DNA of 11,700 bases from Murimonas intestini (lineage in GTDB: Bacteria > Bacillota > Clostridia > Lachnospirales > Lachnospiraceae). Within the stretch, counting starts at the first letter, position 1. Each line of letters starts with the position of its first letter. Below are positions 1 through 6,673 of this stretch, in pieces. The DNA lies in assembly GCF_024622195.1 (NCBI RefSeq), contig NZ_JANKBI010000031.1:1-11700 (forward strand). The letters run 5' to 3'. The notes beneath the pieces are model-generated. The model was not told the DNA's origin and made no database searches. It saw only the letters and a list, made by a program, of their open reading frames with translations. Made by a program: the position numbers and the translations under genes.

Positions 1-318
1 ATTTAATACCCACTCTATGTTGAAGGAAAAATAGAATAGTCTATATATTTTGAACATACCAAATAATTGATTCCAATGTATTTCGGGAATCCAATAAAGT
101 AGTGGCCTCACCCACCCGCCTGCCCCTCCCACTGATTCACTGCCTACAATGCAAAGCGTCCTCCCCGCCTCTAATCATCTAAACAGCAATTTAGTCAAAG
201 CCACAGAAAAAGCAGCAGAAGAACTGGGGGTGGATTTTTCTAAGTGTTTTGAACACAAAACATTTACAAAGTGGCTAAAAAAGATTAAGAGATTTTTAAG
301 GCACAGCAAAATCATACA

Positions 319-327
319 TGGTATAAT
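319..327 (+). promoter_or_regulatory. Putative extended -10 promoter element (TGgTATAAT) for the efflux operon; no convincing -35
   Basis: Perfect TGnTATAAT at 319-327, about 48 nt upstream of the ATG at 375. The AGGAGG RBS at 362-367 follows. No good -35 hexamer at 16-18 nt spacing. Confidence 0.35.
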
Positions 328-374
328 AAAATCCAAAATGGCGTAATGAAGCATATCATTCAGGAGGAAAAGAG

Positions 375-1991
375 ATGGAAACAAAGAAAAGGAAACATAT
401 TATCATAGGAGTGCTTATAACAGTCGTCATAATTGCAGCGGCAGCGGCGGCGGTATGGTTTCTGGTTTTCAGGGAGCCTTCTGCAGCTCAGTCAGCTGGT
501 GACGAGACGGCATATGTAGATTCAGTGGCAAATATAACGGGTCTTGGTTCAGGAAATGGGATGCAGGACAGGTTCTCAGGTGTTGTAGAGCCTCAGAAGA
601 CCTGGAATGTAGAGCTTGCACAGGACAGGAAGGTTAAGAATATATTTGTACAGGAGGGAGAAGAAGTAGCACTTGGAACGAATCTGTTTGAATATGATAC
701 CGCAGATCAGGAAGAGAGCCTGAACCAGGCACAGATAGATCTGGAACGCCTTCAGAATGAGATAGATACAACCAATGCTCAGATAGAGTTACTCCAGAAG
801 GAAAAAGCAAACGCTTCACAGGAGGATCAGCTGGATTATACAACACGTATACAGACTGCACAGAATACAATTAAACGTGATGAATATGATATTAAGAAGA
901 AAAATGTAGAGATAGAGCAGCTGAAAAATACCATTGCTAATTCCATCGTTACATGTGAACTGGATGGAGTAGTTAAAAAAATCAATGAGGATAACAGCAC
1001 TACATCTTCACCTATGGGAAATAGCGGGGATAACAATGCTTTCATGACAATACTTGCAACAGGGGATTACCGTGTTAAGGGAAAAATTAATGAACAGAAT
1101 ATGGCCTCTGTCATGGAGGGCCTTCCTGTGATCGTTCGTTCCAGAGTAGATGATGAAAGAATCTGGAGAGGGACGATAACTACGATTGACCGTGAGAACC
1201 CGGAGACAGATAATAACTCATCAGGAGGCTACGTTTCATATGGAATGGGCGGCGGAAGCACTACTTCAAGTGTAAATTCCACAAATTATCCTTTCTATAT
1301 AACACTTGATAATGCGGATGACCTTATGCTTGGACAGCATGTATATATTGAGATAGACAACGGGCAGGAAGACGGCGAAGAAAAGGAAGGAATCTGGCTT
1401 GACAGTTATTACATCGTCCAGGAGGACGGAAAAGCTTACGTATGGGCGGCAAATGATAAGGACAAGCTGGAAAAACGCAGCATTACTTTAGGAGAGTTAG
1501 ATGATGTCACTCAGAAATACCAGATAACAGAAGGCCTGGAGCCGGATGATTATATCACATTCCCGAGTGAGAATCTCAAGGAAGGCATGTCTGTAGTGCG
1601 GAATGTTGAACAGATGGGGATGAACATGAACGGCGGAAGCGTTGATATGATGGGCGGCGATGGCCCTGTTGACGGCGGCTCAATGGATGCCGGGCCTGGA
1701 GGCAGTGTTGATTTTCCGGAAGGCAGTGATGATATGATGCCTGGCAATGATATTATGGTGCCGGGAAATGAAGATGGTGTTATGGACAGCGGAGACGGCA
1801 TTTCGGCCGGGCCTGACGGAGAAGCAGGAAGCAACGATATGGTGGGACCACAGGAAGAAGTTCCGGAGGCGGATGGAGGTCAGGATGCCCCTGGACCTGA
1901 GGCAGGCGAAGGCGGAGAAGAAGGACCAGCAGGGCCAGAAGATGTGTCTGACCTGGGAGACGGTTTGGCGCCAACGGAAGCAGCACAATAA
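375..1991 (+). CDS. HlyD-family periplasmic adaptor / membrane-fusion protein (MFP1) with N-terminal TM anchor, long coiled-coil hairpin and Met/Asp/Gly-rich acidic C-terminal tail
   Basis: AGGAGG RBS 7 nt upstream of the ATG. The N-terminus KKRKHIIIGVLITVVIIAAAAAAVWFLVF is a signal-anchor. It is followed by a lipoyl-like half-domain (IFVQEGEEVALGTNLFEYD), a long heptad-rich alpha-hairpin, a beta-barrel and a membrane-proximal domain typical of MacA/YknX-type adaptors. The C-terminal roughly 130 aa are low-complexity acidic (DMMGGDGPVDGGSMDAGPGG...). It is paralogous to the downstream adaptor at 2694-4973. Confidence 0.85.
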   Translation: METKKRKHIIIGVLITVVIIAAAAAAVWFLVFREPSAAQSAGDETAYVDSVANITGLGSGNGMQDRFSGVVEPQKTWNVELAQDRKVKNIFVQEGEEVALGTNLFEYDTADQEESLNQAQIDLERLQNEIDTTNAQIELLQKEKANASQEDQLDYTTRIQTAQNTIKRDEYDIKKKNVEIEQLKNTIANSIVTCELDGVVKKINEDNSTTSSPMGNSGDNNAFMTILATGDYRVKGKINEQNMASVMEGLPVIVRSRVDDERIWRGTITTIDRENPETDNNSSGGYVSYGMGGGSTTSSVNSTNYPFYITLDNADDLMLGQHVYIEIDNGQEDGEEKEGIWLDSYYIVQEDGKAYVWAANDKDKLEKRSITLGELDDVTQKYQITEGLEPDDYITFPSENLKEGMSVVRNVEQMGMNMNGGSVDMMGGDGPVDGGSMDAGPGGSVDFPEGSDDMMPGNDIMVPGNEDGVMDSGDGISAGPDGEAGSNDMVGPQEEVPEADGGQDAPGPEAGEGGEEGPAGPEDVSDLGDGLAPTEAAQ

Positions 1992-2007
1992 GAATGGAGG
2001 ACTCACA

Positions 2008-2697
2008 GTGATTCTCGAATTGGATAATATCTATAAGGATTATATACAGGGGAAAATGATAGTCCCTGTATTAAAAGATATCACGCTGCATGTGGAAAAA
2101 GGAGAATATGTAGCCATAATGGGGCCTTCTGGTTCAGGTAAATCAACGCTCATGAATATTATAGGATGCCTGGATAAGCCGACAAAAGGATCGTTCCTTC
2201 TGGATGGTGTAAGCCTTTTGAATAAAAGAGATAATGAACTTGCTGAAATACGCCTGCGCAGTCTTGGTTTTGTTTTTCAGACATTCCAGCTGCTGCCAAG
2301 GCAGTCGGCAGTGGAAAACGTGGCTTTGCCTTTGATTTATGCAGGTGTGTCTAAAAGAGAAAGAATAAAAATGGCAGAAGCAGCTTTAGACAGAGTGGGT
2401 TTGAGCGACAGGTACCATTTTAAGCCTAACCAGCTTTCAGGCGGACAGAAGCAGAGGGTTGCTATTGCTAGAGCTATGGTAAATAATCCAAAGATACTGC
2501 TGGCAGATGAGCCTACAGGCGCTCTTGATTCCAAATCCAGTGCACAGGTAATGGAGCTTTTTGAGAAGCTGAATGAGGAAGGTGTCACTATTATTATGAT
2601 AACCCACGACAGAAATATAGCAGAGCATGCAAAGCGTATCGTGGATATTTTTGATGGTGAGCTTTCTGAGCATAGAGATGAGGAGGTGGCGTTGTGA
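2008..2697 (+). CDS. ABC transporter ATP-binding protein, MacB/FtsE-like stand-alone ATPase
   Basis: Walker A GPSGSGKST, Q-loop, ABC signature LSGGQKQRVAIARAM, Walker B ILLADEPTGALD and H-loop ITHD are all present. The start is taken as the in-frame GTG at 2008 with a GGAGG RBS at 1996-2000 (7 nt spacing). The longer ORF from 1747 overlaps MFP1 and is not credible. The stop TGA overlaps the next gene's GTG (GTGA). Confidence 0.9.
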   Translation: MILELDNIYKDYIQGKMIVPVLKDITLHVEKGEYVAIMGPSGSGKSTLMNIIGCLDKPTKGSFLLDGVSLLNKRDNELAEIRLRSLGFVFQTFQLLPRQSAVENVALPLIYAGVSKRERIKMAEAALDRVGLSDRYHFKPNQLSGGQKQRVAIARAMVNNPKILLADEPTGALDSKSSAQVMELFEKLNEEGVTIIMITHDRNIAEHAKRIVDIFDGELSEHRDEEVAL

Positions 2698-4973
2698 AGA
2701 AAAAGTGGATAGCCCTTATCTGCGCTGTTTCAGTCGCTGCCGTAGGCGGCGGAGGATATGGCATTTATAAAGTAGTCAGTTCAAACAGTACGCCTGTGGA
2801 TGTAGTAAAAGTATCTGATCTGAACATGGGCTGGTGGGGACAGACGACATCTACATCAGGAATGGTTTCATCAACAGTGACTCAGCAGGTACATATGACG
2901 ACAAATCAGCTGGTGAAAGAGATTTATGTAAAAGAGGGCGATGAGGTAAAGATAGGAGATCCTCTTCTGGCCTATGATATGACTCTTGCAGAGCTAGACC
3001 TGGAAATGGAACAGCTGAACGGCAATGCAATAGATCTGCAGATAACAGCAGCTGAGAAGGACCTTGAAAAATTAAAAAATGAAACACCCATCAGTGCATC
3101 TGCGGAGGCAGATATTATGAAAAACGGACAGGTGATGGTGGCTGCCTCAGAAGAGGGGGGCACTGAAGGCACAGACCCGGGGACTGAACCGGCTCCGGCA
3201 TCAGCGGAGGGGACCAGTGAGGCGGCACCGCCAGTGACGGAACCACCACAGACGGAACCTCCAGTGACAGAGGCGCCACAGACAGAACCGCCAGTGACGG
3301 AACCATCACAGACGGAGCCGCCAGTGACAGAGGCACCACAGACAGATGCATCACAGACAAACGCACCACAGACAGACACATCACAGACCAACGCACCGCA
3401 GACGGATGCATCACAGACAGACGCATCTCAGACAGGCGGTGAGACAGATCAGAGCACAGAGCCTAACACCGGGGATTCTGAGCAGACTACGGAGCCAAAT
3501 ACTGATGCAACAGAGGTTACACCCCAGGAAACAGAAGTACCGATGATCATTGATATTACAGTCGTTGTGAACCAGCAGATTGATGAGAGCCTCAGACCTG
3601 AAAAGGTGAAGGTAACTCTGAATGATACAGTTCTCAATGTAAGTAAAGAGACAGTTGAACTCACAAAGGAAAATAACTGGACTTATAAATACCTGGCTAT
3701 GCCTATAGGAGGCACATACAGTCTGACTACTGATGCAGGTGATGCATATGACATCCAGTCTGTTTATGACGAGAATACAAAGACCTTTGATCTGCTGTGC
3801 ACGCCAAAGGCATATGATAAGCTGGATGAAAAGTCAGAGCCATATAAGAAGGGGGAAGGAACGAAAAAATCCCCGGATGTATATTTCTGCCAGGAGGGTG
3901 CAAAGATCGACGCTTCATTCCTGAATAAGGTATATGGGTATGATAAGGATGGCCAGACAAGGCTGACGGACAATACAGGCAGGTATGTTGTTCTGGAAAT
4001 GAGGAAAGATGACCAGGCAAATGGAGAATTTATGAGTGCGTTTGCCATAGACGGAACACAGCCGAGAGATACGGGATTCGCACCTTCAAGTGAGTGGACA
4101 ATAAGCAGTTCAAAGCTGGAGCAGACAGGGGGCAATGAGGTTCAGGAACCAAATATAGAGGAACCTGATTTTGACTTTGGAGGCGGTTTTGATTTCGGAG
4201 GCGGTTTCGGAGGCAACGGTTATACGGCTGACCAGCTTAAGCAGGCTATAGCTGATAAAGAGAGCGAGATAAAGAAACTGAAACTGGATAAAAAAGAATC
4301 AGATTTGAAGATACAGTCACAGCAGAGAAAACTTGATAATGGAGTAGTGAAGAGTTCTATCAATGGTATTGTAAAAACTGTTGGGGATCCCAATGTAGGT
4401 GAGGTCAACAACGAACCATTTATGACGGTTGTCAGTGCAGAGGGGCTGTATGTCACAGGTTCACTCAGTGAGCTTGAATTGGAAAAAGTGAAGGTAGGTT
4501 CCATCATGACAGGGTTTGCATATGATACGGGGGCTTCATTTTCTGCCACAATCACAGAAATTTCCCCATACCCTGACACCTCAGGAAATTATTACAGAGG
4601 GAATAACAATGCATCATATTATCCGTTCACAGCCTATATAGAAGGGGACAGTACTGAGGGGTTGAGCAATTATCAGTATGTGGAGCTTCAGATTCAGGAG
4701 AGTGTAGACGCGTCTGCGGCATCCTCACTATATATTGAAAAGGCTTATATCCGCTCAGAGAACGGTCAGAGCTATGTCTATAAAAAGGACGAAAATAACA
4801 GACTGAAAAAGCAGTATATCAAGACAGGAAAGACAGTTTATTCCACAGCTATCGAAGTGAAGGAAGGTCTTTCTATGGATGACAGCATTGCTTTCCCTTA
4901 CGGGAAAAATGTAAAGGAAGGGGCAAAGGTAAAGACATCGGATGAAGATGATAATACCGTTGTTCCGATGTAG
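2694..4973 (+). CDS. HlyD-family adaptor / membrane-fusion protein (MFP2) with a roughly 370-aa insertion: Pro/Thr/Gln-rich tandem repeat spacer, Cna B-type (prealbumin-like stalk) domain and Gly-Phe motif
   Basis: GTG start overlapping the upstream stop (translational coupling), with an AGGAGG RBS at 2681-2686. The N-terminus KKKWIALICAVSVAAVGGGGYGIY is a TM anchor. A lipoyl-like half (VKEGDEVKIGDPLLAYD) and hairpin helix 1 follow. Then come the PT/Q repeats, a Cna-B-like signature (VKVTLNDTV...VELTKENNWTYKYLAMPIGGTYSLT) and FDFGGGFDFGGGFGGNG. Hairpin helix 2 (ADQLKQAIADKESEIKKLKLDKKESDLKIQ) follows, and beta-barrel and membrane-proximal domains homologous to the C-terminus of MFP1. Confidence 0.85.
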   Translation: MKKKWIALICAVSVAAVGGGGYGIYKVVSSNSTPVDVVKVSDLNMGWWGQTTSTSGMVSSTVTQQVHMTTNQLVKEIYVKEGDEVKIGDPLLAYDMTLAELDLEMEQLNGNAIDLQITAAEKDLEKLKNETPISASAEADIMKNGQVMVAASEEGGTEGTDPGTEPAPASAEGTSEAAPPVTEPPQTEPPVTEAPQTEPPVTEPSQTEPPVTEAPQTDASQTNAPQTDTSQTNAPQTDASQTDASQTGGETDQSTEPNTGDSEQTTEPNTDATEVTPQETEVPMIIDITVVVNQQIDESLRPEKVKVTLNDTVLNVSKETVELTKENNWTYKYLAMPIGGTYSLTTDAGDAYDIQSVYDENTKTFDLLCTPKAYDKLDEKSEPYKKGEGTKKSPDVYFCQEGAKIDASFLNKVYGYDKDGQTRLTDNTGRYVVLEMRKDDQANGEFMSAFAIDGTQPRDTGFAPSSEWTISSSKLEQTGGNEVQEPNIEEPDFDFGGGFDFGGGFGGNGYTADQLKQAIADKESEIKKLKLDKKESDLKIQSQQRKLDNGVVKSSINGIVKTVGDPNVGEVNNEPFMTVVSAEGLYVTGSLSELELEKVKVGSIMTGFAYDTGASFSATITEISPYPDTSGNYYRGNNNASYYPFTAYIEGDSTEGLSNYQYVELQIQESVDASAASSLYIEKAYIRSENGQSYVYKKDENNRLKKQYIKTGKTVYSTAIEVKEGLSMDDSIAFPYGKNVKEGAKVKTSDEDDNTVVPM
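3227..3440. repeat. In-frame imperfect tandem nucleotide repeats (4 x approximately 30 nt, then 6 x approximately 15 nt) encoding TEPPVTEAPQ / TDASQ / TNAPQ units
   Basis: Directly visible periodicity: ccagtgacRgaNccNccacagacRgaNcc repeated, followed by tcacagacaNacgca-type 15-mers. These account for the spurious alternate-frame and antisense ORFs at 2972-3546. Confidence 0.8.
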
Positions 4974-4984
4974 GAGGTGGAGAG

Positions 4985-6241
4985 GTGTTAGAAAATATCA
5001 GGTTGTCAATTCAGGGAATATGGTCGCATAAAATGCGTTCTTTCCTGACAATGCTTGGAATCATCATTGGTATAGCATCCATCATCTCCATTGTTTCTAC
5101 TATTCAGGGGACAAATGAGCAGATAAAGAAGAACCTGATCGGTTCAGGAAATAATACGGTGGATATCAAGCTGTATCAGGGAGACATGGAATATTATCTG
5201 GATGATTACAGCGGTATCCCAAAAGGAGTTCCTGTAGTTACAGAAAAAGTCAGGGAAGAGATGGAAAAGGTAGATGGTGTAGCCGATGTTTCGCTCTATT
5301 CCAAAAGAAGTTATGCCGACAGTGTTTATTATAAGAATACCAGTATGGATGGCGCTAATGTTATGGGGATAGATCTGCATTATTTTAATACCTGCGGGTA
5401 TATCATGCGGACAGGGCGTGAATTCATACAGCAGGATTATGATGAATTCAGAAAGGTCGTGATTCTGGATCAGACAGCGGCCACCAGCCTGTTTCAGGAG
5501 GAAGATCCTCTGGGCAAGACTATAGAGATTAAGGGTGAACCTTTCACCGTTGTGGGCGTGACAGAGAAAAGCGAGGCTTTTGAGCCTGTTATCAATTCGA
5601 TGGAGGATTACTGGACGTATATGGGGAACCAGGCCAGCGGGTTTATTTATATGCCATATGCTACCTGGTGTGTGCCCTACCAGTATGATGAGCCTCAGAA
5701 TGTAATAGTCAGGGCTAACAGCACAGATGAGATGAGTGCCGTAGGTAAGAAATGTGCTGATATTTTGAACGCATACGTCACTTCACAGGATGACGTGAAA
5801 TATAAGGCGGCTGACCTGCTTGAACAGGCTAAGGAGCTCCAGGATCTGAGCGCGGCCACAAATAACCAGCTGATATGGATCGCTAGTATTTCACTGCTTG
5901 TAGGCGGCATCGGCGTTATGAATATCATGCTTGTTTCGGTCACAGAGAGGACAAGTGAGATCGGTCTTAAAAAGGCCATAGGGGCAAAAAAGAAGAGGAT
6001 TCTCGGCCAGTTTCTTACAGAGGCGGCTGTGCTTACAAGCCTTGGAGGCATTATAGGAGTCATTGCAGGAATCGGGCTTGCCCAGGCTATCTCCAAAATG
6101 TCCCAGACGCCGGTAGCCATCAGCGTCCCGGCTATTATAGGATCCGTTATCTTTTCAATGCTTATAGGCATCATATTCGGCCTGCTGCCTTCAATCAAGG
6201 CATCAAACCTGAATCCTATCGATGCTCTGAGACATGAGTAA
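4985..6241 (+). CDS. ABC transporter permease, FtsX/MacB-type (4 TM with large extracytoplasmic domain)
   Basis: GTG start 11 nt after the upstream stop, with an AGGAGGTGGAGAG RBS. The N-terminus LENIRLSIQGIWSHKMRSFLTMLGIIIGIASIISIVS is the classic MacB/FtsX TM1. An extracytoplasmic domain of about 250 aa follows, and then three C-terminal TM helices (SISLLVGGIGVMNIMLVSVTERTSEIGLKKAIGA...). Confidence 0.85.
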   Translation: MLENIRLSIQGIWSHKMRSFLTMLGIIIGIASIISIVSTIQGTNEQIKKNLIGSGNNTVDIKLYQGDMEYYLDDYSGIPKGVPVVTEKVREEMEKVDGVADVSLYSKRSYADSVYYKNTSMDGANVMGIDLHYFNTCGYIMRTGREFIQQDYDEFRKVVILDQTAATSLFQEEDPLGKTIEIKGEPFTVVGVTEKSEAFEPVINSMEDYWTYMGNQASGFIYMPYATWCVPYQYDEPQNVIVRANSTDEMSAVGKKCADILNAYVTSQDDVKYKAADLLEQAKELQDLSAATNNQLIWIASISLLVGGIGVMNIMLVSVTERTSEIGLKKAIGAKKKRILGQFLTEAAVLTSLGGIIGVIAGIGLAQAISKMSQTPVAISVPAIIGSVIFSMLIGIIFGLLPSIKASNLNPIDALRHE

Positions 6242-6314
6242 ATGTATCATAAATTGTAACTATTTAGCAGATATTTGTATTTACTGAGCAGTTATAATAA
6301 AGTTCTGAGTAAAG

Positions 6315-6328
6315 CTGCCTTCGGGCAG
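6315..6328 (+). other. UUCG-tetraloop hairpin (CTGCC-TTCG-GGCAG) in the operon 3' UTR
   Basis: Perfect 5-bp stem with a TTCG loop. Followed by the palindromic CTCCGGAG at 6335-6342. Confidence 0.4.
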
Positions 6329-6380
6329 AATTGCCTCCGGAGTATGTAGACTCTGCAAAGGGTGTGCACCGGAGATTTGA

Positions 6381-6413
6381 GGGCCTGACTTGTCAGGCCC
6401 CTTTTTTTCTTTT
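6381..6413 (+). terminator. Rho-independent terminator of the 375-6241 operon
   Basis: GGGCCTGAC-TT-GTCAGGCCC is a perfect 9-bp GC-rich stem, followed by CTTTTTTTCTTTT. Confidence 0.85.
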
Positions 6414-6564
6414 AATGTATATTTCGAAGAGACAAAACACTGGATAGGGGGAAGGAAGCTGCGAGCGGTACAAAATAAAAGTAAATTTATCCGTCAGAAC
6501 CGCTTGCCGGGATAAGCTGTGTGGAAATTGTGGATTTATATATGAGTAATTGCTTTCATTGTCA

Positions 6565-6593
6565 TTTACACAGGGAAAAAAGTGTGGTATTGT
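6565..6593 (+). promoter_or_regulatory. Putative sigma-A promoter for the flotillin gene (-35 TTTACA, 17-nt spacer, extended -10 TGgTATTGT)
   Basis: -35 hexamer at 6565-6570, TG at 6585-6586 and TATTGT at 6588-6593. This is about 80 nt upstream of the ATG at 6674. Confidence 0.4.
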
Positions 6594-6673
6594 ACTAAAT
6601 ATAGGCATTTAATTTAAAAACTGCCAAAATATTGGCGGGCTGCACATCAATCATACACACAGGAGGAAGAGAA

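Noticed and set aside
1-57. Open minus-strand frame from the ATG (complement of 55-57) running off the window start
   Set aside because: Only 19 codons are visible in AT-rich DNA, with no SD. It cannot be distinguished from chance.
1747-2007. Upstream 87-codon extension of the ABC ATPase ORF (track start 1747)
   Set aside because: It overlaps the last 245 nt of MFP1 in another frame and has no RBS. The conserved ATPase N-terminus begins at the GTG at 2008, which has a well-spaced GGAGG.
2972-3546. Minus-strand ORFs 2972-3391 and 3115-3426, and + strand ORF 3346-3546 (Cys/Val/Ser-rich and His/Arg/Gln/Thr-rich low-complexity products)
   Set aside because: These are alternate-frame and antisense readings of the in-frame tandem repeat inside MFP2. 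They are open only because the repeat lacks stops in several frames.
5695-6198. 167-aa minus-strand ORF inside the permease gene
   Set aside because: It is antisense to conserved FtsX TM helices, with no translation signals. It is typical shadow ORF hydrophobicity.
6393-6608. 71-aa minus-strand ORF in the permease-floT intergenic region
   Set aside because: It begins inside the operon terminator, has no RBS, and its predicted product is low-complexity.
6632-6673. TTG-initiated 14-codon N-terminal extension of the flotillin ORF
   Set aside because: There is no RBS, whereas the ATG at 6674 sits 7 nt after a perfect AGGAGG. The extension, MAGCTSIIHTGGRE, is not flotillin-like.
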